Counted from the stretch's first letter, positions 8,908 through 21,811 are shown. The stretch is DNA of 64,000 nucleotides from an uncultured Bacilli bacterium (GCA_947627675.1 CANQWY010000001.1:5334-69333), one strand, 5' to 3'. Program-made: numbers and translations. Notes: generated from the letters alone by a model not told the origin.

Positions 8908-9968
8908 TATTTTGCCTCCTTTTTATATATATATAAACAACTATATGTTGATACTATAATTGTCAAAGTTATTCCAATACTACCTATTAAAAATCTTGTT
9001 AATTCTAAGCTGTAATTGCTTGTTATATAGTTTTTTAAAGTGAATCCGTTTCTTAATGCTAATATAAGTGTTGGTAAAGCACTACTTAAATATGTAAAAA
9101 ATAGGACATTTATCATAGTCGAAGTAATATCTTGGGATATATTTTTTGCAGATTCTTTTAAAGCCTCACAACTTATTTTTTTATTTTTTTTAACTAGTTC
9201 ATCAAAACTAGATGATAATGTTATAGCAACATCCATGATAGCACCAAGACCACCAATAATGATTTCTGCTGTAAAAACGTCTTCTGGAGGAGTAGTTAAA
9301 AAACTCATACCATTAAAATTTATACCATTATATTTTGTTATTATTTTTACTAGCATAATTAATCCAATTAAAACAAAAATAGATATTAAAGATGAAATTA
9401 TAGCTGATTTTGTCTTTTTATTATAACCGTTTGTTATTAATAAAGATACTATTGTAAATATAACAGTTTCAAATATAATCAATAATATTAGATTAATTCC
9501 TTTTTGATATAGTGTTAAACCTATTGTAAAAATAGTTATATTTATAATAAGGCTAGCAAGAGAAATTAATCCAACTTTGTTTCCTATTATTGAGATAAAA
9601 ATAACAAAAATTATAATAGCATATATTATATATTTATCTCTTTTTAACCCTATAATCGTATTGTCTTTAATAAAAACAATATCGTTTTTAGAATATTTTT
9701 CTGTTACAACATTTGATGTAGTATATGTATTTTCTACAGTAATAGTTTTATTTTTATCTTTTGTATTAAGTAATTTTCCTGTGATTATTTGCTTGTAATA
9801 TTTTTCTTCCAGACCAAAAGGGGACTTTTCAACTGTTTCAAGTTTATTTTTAACATTACTAATTTTAATTATTTTTTCTTTATAGAAATTATAGTTATTA
9901 TTAACTATATATATACTAATTATAGATAGTATTAGTAATAAAAATAATATAATTTTTCTTTTTTTCAT
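8907..9968 (-). CDS. Polytopic membrane protein, YibE/F-like, with an N-terminal extracytoplasmic segment
   Basis: N-terminal signal/TM segment, a ~100-aa soluble region, then 6-7 TM segments. It is translationally coupled to the downstream membrane protein. Confidence 0.4.
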   Translation of the reverse strand: MKKRKIILFLLLILSIISIYIVNNNYNFYKEKIIKISNVKNKLETVEKSPFGLEEKYYKQIITGKLLNTKDKNKTITVENTYTTSNVVTEKYSKNDIVFIKDNTIIGLKRDKYIIYAIIIFVIFISIIGNKVGLISLASLIINITIFTIGLTLYQKGINLILLIIFETVIFTIVSLLITNGYNKKTKSAIISSLISIFVLIGLIMLVKIITKYNGINFNGMSFLTTPPEDVFTAEIIIGGLGAIMDVAITLSSSFDELVKKNKKISCEALKESAKNISQDITSTMINVLFFTYLSSALPTLILALRNGFTLKNYITSNYSLELTRFLIGSIGITLTIIVSTYSCLYIYKKEAK

Positions 9969-10010
9969 ATTTTCACCTTCTTTTATTAAATATTATACTT
10001 TATAATTATA

Positions 10011-10038
10011 AAAAGAAAAAGCACCGATTTGTGCTTTT
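10011..10038 (-). terminator. Intrinsic terminator downstream of the pilB-like ATPase gene
   Basis: On the minus strand, an AAAAGCAC-aaatcg-GTGCTTTT hairpin is followed by TTTTTCTTTTT. Confidence 0.6.
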
Positions 10039-10039
10039 A

Positions 10040-12631
<2,592 letters not shown>

Positions 12632-12654
12632 TAAAAAATCACCCTTTTTTATTC

Positions 12655-12683
12655 TTTACAAGTTTCTCCTATTTTAATATAAT
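12655..12683 (+). promoter_or_regulatory. Sigma-A-like promoter for the pilin gene pair
   Basis: TTTACA, a 17-nt spacer, then TATAAT, about 50 nt upstream of the pilin RBS (AAGGAAAG). It lies in the divergent intergenic region shared with the ATPase gene. Confidence 0.5.
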
Positions 12684-12731
12684 AAATTATATAATAGATT
12701 TTGAACATTTTCAAGAAGGAAAGTTGAGTTT

Positions 12732-13400
12732 ATGAAAAAAAGAATGAAAAAAAACGGTTTTGCTATGGTTGAAGTTTTAATCGCGGCAGTTAGTGTGATT
12801 TCAATTTTTGCTCTTTTATACAATACAACGTATCCAATAATAGGTAGTTATAATACTATTGAAAAGTATGATGATCTTGATAGTAAGTATGTGGCTTTTT
12901 ATATAAAAGAAATGTTAGAAACAGATAGTAATTTTTCTGTTGGAAGTATATCTTTTAATAATCCAGATTGTGCTAATACTTGTAGTATATATAAAACATA
13001 TGCTTATAAAGTAGATAGTGCCGGCATAGACATAAAGATTAATGATGTTGATACTATAAATGATCATTATCTATATAAAAATGAGCTTTGTAATCAATTA
13101 ACAGAGTCAAACAATACAAAAAATAATCAATATTTTTGCAATAAATATATTACAGGTGCTGAAGTTACTAATATTTATGTTACTAAGTACGATGTTTCTG
13201 AATTTAAAGGAGCAGTAAAAAATAGCTCTAGATTCTCCAGAGGTTTTAAAAATTATGTTAGTTATATGCCAAGTCATACTGCTGCTAGTTCTACTAAAAA
13301 AAATAATTATTATAGAATAATAGTTGAGATAGAGCATGATTCTTATAATACAGCGGATGATATTTATTATACTTATTCATCAATCGAGGTGAAAAAATAG
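12732..13400 (+). CDS. Type IV pilin-like / pseudopilin protein (class III signal peptide)
   Basis: N-terminus MKKRMKKNG|FAMVEVLIAAVSVISIFALL has a basic leader, Gly at -1, Phe at +1, Glu at +5 and a hydrophobic helix. Confidence 0.75.
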   Translation: MKKRMKKNGFAMVEVLIAAVSVISIFALLYNTTYPIIGSYNTIEKYDDLDSKYVAFYIKEMLETDSNFSVGSISFNNPDCANTCSIYKTYAYKVDSAGIDIKINDVDTINDHYLYKNELCNQLTESNNTKNNQYFCNKYITGAEVTNIYVTKYDVSEFKGAVKNSSRFSRGFKNYVSYMPSHTAASSTKKNNYYRIIVEIEHDSYNTADDIYYTYSSIEVKK

Positions 13401-14113
13401 TGAAAAAATTAAACAATAAAGGGATGACTTTAATCGAATTATTAGTCTCTTTTTCGATTGCTGCTACAATAGTTGTTTCAATGTTTAATGTCGTTATAAA
13501 CTATCAAAAAGAAGAATCTATTCAAGCAATTAAAAACGATATTATATCATATAAAAATACAATTACAAAAATAATTCAAACCGATATAATAAAAGGGGGC
13601 TTAAGAAGTGTACATTTAGATGTTAGAAATGTAAATAGTGGAGGTAATAATTCTACAGTTTATGAAATGATTTTTAGATTTAATAATAGATTGCCATATT
13701 GTAGTGGTAGTGATAATTATTGTAAATATAAGAATTTGACAATTGTTGCTAGTAATACTTCAGAAAACTATATTATGTATCAGGATATTAATATACGTGG
13801 GCAAAAACAAGACGTAAAATATTCTTTAATGGATGCTTCTAAAGGCTGCTTATTTGAAAAAGAAAGTGATACTTGTATTAGTTTGCAAAATATCTTAAAA
13901 TTTTCGTCTATCACAACTAATATAAATGTTACAACATCAGGAGATCCTTCTCTAAACAGTAATAATAATGCTGTTAAATATTCTGATGGAACAATAGGAG
14001 ATAATATTGCTAGATATTTTAAGCTTGATATTGCTATTAGTCACCCTGATCTTGGAGGAGAGTATCATATTAATCTAGTGACTCCCTTAAACTATCCCTA
14101 TTGCAAACCATAA
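13400..14113 (+). CDS. Type IV pilin-like / pseudopilin protein (class III signal peptide)
   Basis: The GTG start overlaps the upstream stop (TAGTG), with a GAGGTG RBS. N-terminus MKKLNNKG|MTLIELLVSFSIAATIVV has Glu at +5. Confidence 0.75.
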   Translation: MKKLNNKGMTLIELLVSFSIAATIVVSMFNVVINYQKEESIQAIKNDIISYKNTITKIIQTDIIKGGLRSVHLDVRNVNSGGNNSTVYEMIFRFNNRLPYCSGSDNYCKYKNLTIVASNTSENYIMYQDINIRGQKQDVKYSLMDASKGCLFEKESDTCISLQNILKFSSITTNINVTTSGDPSLNSNNNAVKYSDGTIGDNIARYFKLDIAISHPDLGGEYHINLVTPLNYPYCKP

Positions 14114-15010
14114 AATTAATAATACTATACAAATAGAAAGACTAGCTATTCTTCCTAATAAGAAATAACTATAATTTAATTTCTCTTTTTTTATAATTTC
14201 TTTGACTTGAAAATGAACACTTATTCCTCCAAAACTTAGGAAAGATGTTATTAAAAATACTTTGAAAAAAAGGCTAACATTTAAATTTTTTAGTGTAATT
14301 ATTCCTTTTGTCAAGTCAAATATTCCATAAATTATAGTTTTTATTAAACTGTTATCTATAAAGCTTACTAAAATATCTGAAAATGTAAAGAAAAAAATAG
14401 TATTTCCTAATATTAAAAGCATAACTTTAGCGCTATTGTAAAAAGAATTGGCAAGTGCAGATGAAAAACTTTCCTTATTTATAGTAGGAGGTATTTTTTC
14501 TATTTCAATTTGTTTCGGCCTTATTATAAATGCTAAAATAAAATTAGATAAATAGTGACAAAGTAATACGATATATGCAACTTTCTTACCATATAATATT
14601 GCAATAGTTCCCATTATAAATAGGGGATTAGAAAAATGAGTAAAAGTAAGAAGAAAATTAGCTTGATTTTTACTAATTACTTTCTTCTCTAAAAAAGATG
14701 TTGTATATTTAGCCCCGCTTGGGAATCCAGATAAAATACTCATTATAAGTATAAAGGAACTAGATCCAGATATATGAAAAACTTTTAAGAATAATTTATT
14801 AAATAAAGACCCTAATAATTTTATAAAACCATAATTTATTAATAAATCAGAAATAGTATAAAAGAAGAAAATAGCAGGAAATAGATTATTCTTAAATATA
14901 TTAATAGCTTCTAGAATATCTTGAAAAATATAATTTGGATTTAATATTGTATACATCAAACATATTAATAAAATAAATATGATTATAAAAGATTTTATTT
15001 TTTTTAACAT
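14087..15010 (-). CDS. Polytopic membrane protein, YlbJ-like (sporulation integral membrane protein / nucleoside-recognition Gate-domain family)
   Basis: About 8 TM segments. It is divergent from a ylbL-like gene, mirroring the Bacillus subtilis ylbJ/ylbL neighbourhood. It has no prepilin-peptidase zinc or Asp motifs. Confidence 0.4.
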   Translation of the reverse strand: MLKKIKSFIIIFILLICLMYTILNPNYIFQDILEAINIFKNNLFPAIFFFYTISDLLINYGFIKLLGSLFNKLFLKVFHISGSSSFILIMSILSGFPSGAKYTTSFLEKKVISKNQANFLLTFTHFSNPLFIMGTIAILYGKKVAYIVLLCHYLSNFILAFIIRPKQIEIEKIPPTINKESFSSALANSFYNSAKVMLLILGNTIFFFTFSDILVSFIDNSLIKTIIYGIFDLTKGIITLKNLNVSLFFKVFLITSFLSFGGISVHFQVKEIIKKEKLNYSYFLLGRIASLSICIVLLILWFAIGIV

Positions 15011-15055
15011 ATTTTACCTCTTTTTTGCTATAATTAAACATAAAGGAATGATTTT

Positions 15056-16069
15056 ATGCTTAGTAAAATATATAATTATTTAAAGAAAAGTATTCGAGAA
15101 AATATTGTAGCAATTTGTATCTATATTTTTTGCCTTTTTATTATTCTCTTTCCAGTTGATTATTATATAATAACTGGAGGTGGAAGTTTTGATGCTAAAG
15201 ATAAGGTTAGCATTAAAACAAACAAAAAAATTAAAGGTAGTTTTAATATGGCATATGTTTCTGAAATTAGAGGTACTATTTTTACTTATTTACTTAGTTA
15301 TGTAATACCGAGTTATGAAAGAGAAAGTATGGATGATTATAGAAGTAATAATAACGAAAATATAGCAGATATAGAATTTAGAAATACTTTATGGCTAAAT
15401 GAAACTAATAATAATAGTATATTTGTTGCCTATAGCAAAGCTAAAAAAGATATATCTATTAAATCTTTAAAAAATTACATTTTTTATATTGATGATAAAA
15501 GTAACACAAACTTAAAAATTGGAGATGAAATAATTAGTGTTGGAAATACTCAAATAAAAGATTTAGATTCTTTAAAAAATATAATAAATAGTTATCATGA
15601 TAAAGAGAAAGTTCCTATTAAAGTCATACGAAACAATAAAGAATATGATAAATATGCTTATATTTATACAATTGATGGAGTTAAGTATATTGGAATTAGT
15701 TTATTAGAAGATATTATATATAATACAGTACCAAAAGTTAAATTTAATTTTAAAAAGGGTGAATCTGGTCCAAGTGGTGGGCTTATAATGGCTCTACAGA
15801 TTTACAATATGTTAGTTGATAAAGATATTACTAATGGTAAAAAAATAGTTGGTACTGGTACTATTGATAAAGATGGCACAGTTGGAGAAATTGATGGAGT
15901 TAAATATAAGTTAGCCGGAGCAGTAAAAAATAAAGCTGATATATTTTTAGTACCTGCAGGTAGAAATTATAAAGAAGCAATAAAAGAAAAGGAAAAGAAT
16001 AATTATAATATCAAAATTATAAAAGTTAATAATTTTGATGATGCATTAAAAAAGCTTAATAAGAATTAA
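15056..16069 (+). CDS. SepM/YlbL-family PDZ-Lon-like serine protease
   Basis: N-terminal TM, a PDZ-like middle region, and a C-terminal Lon-type S16 motif (ESGPSGGLIMALQIYN ... GTGTIDKDGTVGEIDGVKYKLAGAVK). Confidence 0.7.
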   Translation: MLSKIYNYLKKSIRENIVAICIYIFCLFIILFPVDYYIITGGGSFDAKDKVSIKTNKKIKGSFNMAYVSEIRGTIFTYLLSYVIPSYERESMDDYRSNNNENIADIEFRNTLWLNETNNNSIFVAYSKAKKDISIKSLKNYIFYIDDKSNTNLKIGDEIISVGNTQIKDLDSLKNIINSYHDKEKVPIKVIRNNKEYDKYAYIYTIDGVKYIGISLLEDIIYNTVPKVKFNFKKGESGPSGGLIMALQIYNMLVDKDITNGKKIVGTGTIDKDGTVGEIDGVKYKLAGAVKNKADIFLVPAGRNYKEAIKEKEKNNYNIKIIKVNNFDDALKKLNKN

Positions 16070-16180
16070 TTATGCTAAAATCTAAACATGAATAGCTTAA
16101 AAAAGTTATCTATATACGATTTTAGTCTTTTTATTATGAGTTTATAGTATTAAAATAAGTTAAATTTATTTTATTTTAAG

Positions 16181-16210
16181 TTGACGGGTTACTAATTAAT
16201 ATATTATAAT
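16181..16210 (+). promoter_or_regulatory. Sigma-A-like promoter for the giant pilin gene
   Basis: TTGACG, an 18-nt spacer, then TATAAT, about 30 nt upstream of the GGTGG RBS. Confidence 0.5.
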
Positions 16211-16239
16211 TTTCTTATAAAATATGGTGGTTAGATAAT

Positions 16240-19158
16240 ATGGAAAAGTATAATAAAATTAATAATAAAGGTTTTACATTGATTGAGGTTATTGCAGCAG
16301 TTGCAATATTAGGAATTTTAAGTGGTACAGCAATTACGGGTGTTTCTCGATATGTTAGTAATTCACATGAGGAATATTGTACGTCCCAAGCTGATATGCT
16401 AGAAATAGCAGGACGTGACTATTTTAATGATAATAATACATTGCTTCCATTAACAATGGGCGGAAGAAATTGTGTTAGCCTCCAAACATTGATTAATAAT
16501 AAATATATAGAGACAATGAAAGACTACAGTGATAGTGTTTGTAATGTAAATAATAGTAAAGTATGTACGATGAAACATATAGCAAGTGGCTATATATATT
16601 CAACATACTTAGATTGTAATAGATGTAACAATTATAATAAAAGCAGCCAAGATGATTTAAATGAAAGTAATGTAAGCACACCAACAATTTCTTATATTGC
16701 AGATACAACTCCAGCTGGAAGCTGTACCAATGCAGTAAATAAAGATATAACAGTAACAATAAAATTTAGTGATAGTAAACATAAAATAGTAAGTTATTCA
16801 TATACAGTTTACCAAAAAACAAATTCAGGTGATGTGGCAGTAGAAACAATAGATTATAGAGAATACAAAAATAAAGATATAAAAGTAAAACTAAATAGAA
16901 AGGGAACTTACTATATAGTAGCAACAGCATATAATTCAATAGGGAAAAAAGGAGAAGAGAAAAGTTGCGACTATGTACTTAGATATAATTTAAATTGTAG
17001 CAGTCAAATTGAAATAAGTGCTAAGAAAAAAGAAACAGGAGCCAATCTTTCTAGACAAACATGGATGAAAGGGACATTACAAATTACTGTTAAAAAAAGT
17101 GGTGATGTTGAAAGTTATGATGTGTACATAAGTAAAAGTAATGGAACTTCTGGAGCCTCATTTGGAGCATATCAAAAAGTAATATCACTGGCAACTGCTC
17201 AAAGTAGAACTATAACCTATAGTAGTAGTGAGACAGGAAAATATAGAGTAAAAGTAGTTGCTTATAATGATCAAGGTGATACATGTACAAAAGGAGGAGA
17301 TTCAACATTTGAATATTGGCAAGATAATACAGATCCTACTTGTACAACTGTGGGAGCACCAGGTCGCTGGGTGAATTACAATGTTACATTAACAGGAAGA
17401 TGTTCAGATCCTCATAGTGGATGTGATAATTCTAAACCTGCTTCTAATTATCTTTCCTATGAGTATGATGGCTATGCTAGTGCTGGGCGAGTATATGATA
17501 ATGTAGGTAATGTTGGTTATTGTAATGATGTGTGGATTGGAATTGATAAAACACCTCCAACATGTGAAATAGAGCTTGATGGAGATGAAGGAAATAATGA
17601 TTACTATATAAGTGATGTTACTGCAAATCTAAGTTTTGAAGATCCAGGTGAAATAACAAGTGAAGCAGAAAACTATGGAATTTCAACTTCAAGTTCACCA
17701 ACTTATAACGGCAGTCAAACTTATACTCATAGTTCTAATACAAATAATTATGTTAATGTTTATGGATATATTAAAGATAATGCCGGTAATACTGGAAAAT
17801 GTAGTGAAAAATTTAAGTTAGATAAAACACCTCCAACATATAGAAAAAATTCTGTTCAGGGAACAAGAGTTGGTAGTGGTTATGCCGATGGTTCAATGTT
17901 ATCAGTTACTTGTAGTGATGTTGGTAGTGGACCTATAAATACTAGTGATCAAGTTTATTTTTACGGTTCTGAAGCAACATTAAATGGGTATTGTGAGGAT
18001 AAGGCTGGTAATGTCTCAGATGAATATGATATAACATATCATAATTGTCCAAATAGCTTGTGTGGTTATGACGTAGATTATAATATAAGATGGAATTGCT
18101 ATAATTCTTATGGGAATCTAATATCTTCTCCATGTGAGTCAAGTAGCAATTATTTTCCAGCATGTTGTATGCAAGCTGAGAATTACTGTAGTGGAGAGTC
18201 GAGTTCATCATGCGGAGTAAAATCTAGAACAAAAAAAACATGCTGGCATCAAAGTAGTTGTCAAAGCAATACTACCACTTCCCCACCTAAAGTTAATGAC
18301 AAAACACCTCCAGGCTGTCCTAGTGTTTCTTCAGATTATTCGCCTAATTCAAAAGGTTGGACCAATAAAAATGTGAAATTAACATTTTCATTTACATCAG
18401 ATACAAAAAAATATACATTCTATACTAAAGAACAAAGCAGCTCATCTTGGAAGAATAATGGTACTAAAAATGTTTCCACAAAAAGACAAACTATATCACA
18501 AGAAGGAATTATAAGTACAAAAGTTGATGTATATGATGCTAGTGGAAATAAAAAGACTTGTACTTTTACAGATAAATATAAAATTGATAAGACAGCTCCT
18601 TACACTCCCTACATTGATAAAAATGACACAAAAAATATTGATGGTGAGACAGTAAAAGTAAACTATTATGGGGATTGTGATAAAGCTTGTGCTAGCGCAA
18701 ACCCTGGTAATAAGAATAGTGCTTCATTGCAAAGTAGTGGTAAAACCTGTTTTACTGACTTAAAATGTAGTGTTGGTGCAAAATCAAAAGTGGCTGCAGA
18801 ATGCGTTTATAGTAAAGATTATTCTTGCGGTACTGTAAAAGTTGTTAAAAAAGATAGTACTGATAATACTCCTAATGTTTCTGGTATTTGTACAGATAAT
18901 TCAGATACATATGGATATCAATACTATAATTGTGTTAGAAAAGAAGGCTCAACAACTTTTTCAGATCATACTATTAGAAAAGTTCAAATTACAGATTGTG
19001 CTGGCAATAAAAGTAAAGTACTTACTATTTCTGAATTAGGTGCCCACATTTATGGAATAGGCTTAAAATCTTATTATCAAATTTCAAATAATAAATGGAC
19101 ACTCAGAAGTGGAAAAACAAGACCTAGTAGCTTCACCTCTAGTTGTTATTTAAACTGA
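16240..19158 (+). CDS. Giant modular type IV pilin-like protein (972 aa), Cys-rich with repeated Ig-like modules
   Basis: N-terminus MEKYNKINNKG|FTLIEVIAAVAILGILSG is a class III signal with Glu at +5. About 950 aa of Cys/Ser/Thr/Asn-rich sequence follow, with four recurring DKTPP/DKTAP module boundaries (IDKTPPTC, LDKTPPTY, NDKTPPGC, IDKTAPYTPY). Confidence 0.75.
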   Translation: MEKYNKINNKGFTLIEVIAAVAILGILSGTAITGVSRYVSNSHEEYCTSQADMLEIAGRDYFNDNNTLLPLTMGGRNCVSLQTLINNKYIETMKDYSDSVCNVNNSKVCTMKHIASGYIYSTYLDCNRCNNYNKSSQDDLNESNVSTPTISYIADTTPAGSCTNAVNKDITVTIKFSDSKHKIVSYSYTVYQKTNSGDVAVETIDYREYKNKDIKVKLNRKGTYYIVATAYNSIGKKGEEKSCDYVLRYNLNCSSQIEISAKKKETGANLSRQTWMKGTLQITVKKSGDVESYDVYISKSNGTSGASFGAYQKVISLATAQSRTITYSSSETGKYRVKVVAYNDQGDTCTKGGDSTFEYWQDNTDPTCTTVGAPGRWVNYNVTLTGRCSDPHSGCDNSKPASNYLSYEYDGYASAGRVYDNVGNVGYCNDVWIGIDKTPPTCEIELDGDEGNNDYYISDVTANLSFEDPGEITSEAENYGISTSSSPTYNGSQTYTHSSNTNNYVNVYGYIKDNAGNTGKCSEKFKLDKTPPTYRKNSVQGTRVGSGYADGSMLSVTCSDVGSGPINTSDQVYFYGSEATLNGYCEDKAGNVSDEYDITYHNCPNSLCGYDVDYNIRWNCYNSYGNLISSPCESSSNYFPACCMQAENYCSGESSSSCGVKSRTKKTCWHQSSCQSNTTTSPPKVNDKTPPGCPSVSSDYSPNSKGWTNKNVKLTFSFTSDTKKYTFYTKEQSSSSWKNNGTKNVSTKRQTISQEGIISTKVDVYDASGNKKTCTFTDKYKIDKTAPYTPYIDKNDTKNIDGETVKVNYYGDCDKACASANPGNKNSASLQSSGKTCFTDLKCSVGAKSKVAAECVYSKDYSCGTVKVVKKDSTDNTPNVSGICTDNSDTYGYQYYNCVRKEGSTTFSDHTIRKVQITDCAGNKSKVLTISELGAHIYGIGLKSYYQISNNKWTLRSGKTRPSSFTSSCYLN

Positions 19159-19185
19159 GAGATTTATATCTTTCAGTTTTTTGTT
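19152..19185 (+). terminator. Intrinsic terminator after the giant pilin gene
   Basis: AAACTGAGAGAT-ttat-ATCTTTCAGTTT hairpin (one mismatch) followed by TTTTGTTATTTTTT. Confidence 0.6.
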
Positions 19186-19252
19186 ATTTTTTCTGTTACA
19201 TAGACTTTTTATTGTAAATTTGATACAATTATATTAGCAAGAGGAGTAGTAT

Positions 19253-21811
19253 ATGAGAAGATGTGAAGTTGATTATGAGAAATTAAGCCCTATGATGAAA
19301 CAATATGTGGATATTAAAGATAAATATGATGATTCTATTTTATTTTTTAGGCTGGGCGATTTTTATGAAATGTTTTTTGATGATGCTATTTTAGCAAGTA
19401 GAGAACTTGAACTTACACTAACTGGTAAAAATGCAGGTCTTGAAGAAAGAGTTCCTATGTGTGGAGTCCCACATCATGCTTATTCTTCATATGTTGATGC
19501 CTTAATTGATAAAGGTTATAAAGTTGCAATATGTGAACAGTTAGAAGATCCTAAGACTGTTAAAGGAATGGTTAAAAGAGATGTAATTCAAATTGTTACT
19601 AAAGGAACTAGGCTTGATAATAGAGTAGATAGCAAAAGTAATAACTTTATTGCCAATATTTATGATTTTAATACTTGCTATGGTATTAGTTATGCTGATA
19701 TTTCAACAGGAGAAATTTTTTGTAAAATAATTTTAAATGAAGAAAGAGAAATTATACGAGAAGTAGTTAAAAATTCTTTTAATGAGGTTATTGTTAGTGA
19801 AAATGTAGATAGAGGCCTTATTAATACTTTAAGAAGTGTCTATAATATAATAGTGACTATTACTAAAGATTTGTATGATAATGATATATATTCATATATA
19901 TATTCTGAAATAGAAGATGACAGATTAATTACTACTATAAAACATTTATTAAGTTATATAATTGATACTAAGAAAAAGGATTTAATACACTTACAAAAAG
20001 CTGAAGTTGTACATAACAGTGATACTTTGTTATTTGATGTTAATACTAAAAGAAACTTAGAGCTTACAGAGACTATTCGAAATAAAGATAGAATGTATTC
20101 TCTTTTATGGTTATTAGATAAAAATAAAACAGCTATGGGAAGCAGATATTTAAAATATAATATTGAAAACCCACTGACTAATAAAAAAGAAATAGAAAGA
20201 CGCTATAATTTTGTAGAAAAGTTATCAACCGAATTTATATTAAGAGACGATTTGATGAAATATCTAGATAAAGTATATGATCTTGAAAGATTAGTTGGAC
20301 GTATTAGCTATGGAAATTTAAATGCTAAAGATTTAATTCAATTAAAAACATCTATTAGTGTCTTACCAGATATAAAGAATGTTTTAGAAACTATTGGGTA
20401 TGATAAGGAAATAGAAGTATTTCCAGATTTGTATAACTTACTTGATAAATCAATTAATGAAGATAGCCCTCTTACTTTACATGAAGGAGGTTTAATAAAA
20501 GATTTATATAATGATGAACTTGATGAATTACGAAAAATTAGAAGCGGTTCTAAAGATTTTATTTTAGAGATGGAACAAGAAGAAAAAATACGTACAGGTA
20601 TAAAAAATTTAAAAGTTGGATATAATAAAATTTTTGGTTATTATATTGAAGTTAGTAAGGGTAATATTGGTTTAATAAAAGATGAGTTTGGTTGGGATAG
20701 AAAACAGACGCTTGCAAATTGTGAAAGATTCACAACCCCTTTACTTAAAGAAAAAGAGAATATAATACTTGGTGCCGAGGAAAAAATAATTAATTTAGAA
20801 TACAAATTATTTATGGATATTAGAGAGGTTGTAAAAAGGTATATTGTACCATTACAAAATGTTAGTAAAATAATAAGTGAAGTTGATATGTTACAATCTT
20901 TTTCTGTTGTAAGCGATGAAAATAAATATGTTAGACCAAAATTAATTGATGATAAATCTATCAAAATGTTAGATGCAAGGCATCCTGTTGTTGAAAAAGT
21001 TATGAAAGATAAATATATTTCTAATGACATAATTATGGATAAACAGACCAATATTCTTCTTATTACTGGGCCAAATATGGCAGGCAAATCTACTTATATG
21101 AGGCAATGTGCTATTATAGTAATTATGGCACAAATAGGATGTTTTGTCCCTTGCAAAAGCTGTGAAATGCCTATTTTTGATAAAATTTTCACAAGAATTG
21201 GAGCAAGTGATGATTTAGTTAGTGGAGAGTCTACTTTTATGGTTGAAATGAAAGAGGCAGAATATGCAATTAAAGAAGCAACATGTGATAGTTTGATTTT
21301 ATTTGATGAATTAGGAAGGGGTACTGCGACTTATGATGGAATGGCGTTGGCTCAAGCTATACTAGAATATATTCACGATAATATTAAAGCAAAAACAATG
21401 TTTTCAACTCATTATCATGAATTAACTGATTTGAAAAATAGTTTAAAATATTTAAAAAATATTCATGTATCTGCCATTGAAGAAGATGGAAAAATTACCT
21501 TTTTACATAAAGTTAAAAATGGAGCGGTTGATAAAAGTTATGGTATTCATGTTGCAAGTCTTGCCGGGCTACCTAAATCTTTAATTGATAGAAGTATAAA
21601 TATTTTAAGTATTTATGAAAGTAAAGAAAAAAATAACATGAAATTTGAACAGACTTCTCTTTTTGACGGAGAGATAAAAAAAGAGGAACCTAAAAAAAGT
21701 GTAATAGAAGAGGAGTTAAAAAAAGTAAATGTTGTTGAAATGACACCGATGGATGCTATTAATTTCTTATATAAACTTAAAAATGAACTAAAAGCAGATA
21801 CTAGGAATTAG
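19253..21811 (+). CDS. mutS: DNA mismatch repair protein MutS
   Basis: 852 aa with mismatch-binding N-terminus GDFYEMFFDDA, Walker A GPNMAGKST, and ST(F)MVEM and DELGRGT motifs. No mutL follows. Confidence 0.95.
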   Translation: MRRCEVDYEKLSPMMKQYVDIKDKYDDSILFFRLGDFYEMFFDDAILASRELELTLTGKNAGLEERVPMCGVPHHAYSSYVDALIDKGYKVAICEQLEDPKTVKGMVKRDVIQIVTKGTRLDNRVDSKSNNFIANIYDFNTCYGISYADISTGEIFCKIILNEEREIIREVVKNSFNEVIVSENVDRGLINTLRSVYNIIVTITKDLYDNDIYSYIYSEIEDDRLITTIKHLLSYIIDTKKKDLIHLQKAEVVHNSDTLLFDVNTKRNLELTETIRNKDRMYSLLWLLDKNKTAMGSRYLKYNIENPLTNKKEIERRYNFVEKLSTEFILRDDLMKYLDKVYDLERLVGRISYGNLNAKDLIQLKTSISVLPDIKNVLETIGYDKEIEVFPDLYNLLDKSINEDSPLTLHEGGLIKDLYNDELDELRKIRSGSKDFILEMEQEEKIRTGIKNLKVGYNKIFGYYIEVSKGNIGLIKDEFGWDRKQTLANCERFTTPLLKEKENIILGAEEKIINLEYKLFMDIREVVKRYIVPLQNVSKIISEVDMLQSFSVVSDENKYVRPKLIDDKSIKMLDARHPVVEKVMKDKYISNDIIMDKQTNILLITGPNMAGKSTYMRQCAIIVIMAQIGCFVPCKSCEMPIFDKIFTRIGASDDLVSGESTFMVEMKEAEYAIKEATCDSLILFDELGRGTATYDGMALAQAILEYIHDNIKAKTMFSTHYHELTDLKNSLKYLKNIHVSAIEEDGKITFLHKVKNGAVDKSYGIHVASLAGLPKSLIDRSINILSIYESKEKNNMKFEQTSLFDGEIKKEEPKKSVIEEELKKVNVVEMTPMDAINFLYKLKNELKADTRN

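Noticed and set aside
14087-15010. 307-aa polytopic membrane protein between the pilin genes considered as a prepilin peptidase (PilD/ComC) or platform protein (PilC/ComGB)
   Set aside because: It has no N-terminal CxxC...CxxC zinc motif and none of the conserved Asp-containing motifs of A24 peptidases. It is too short and has the wrong topology for PilC. Composition and neighbourhood fit YlbJ-like proteins better.
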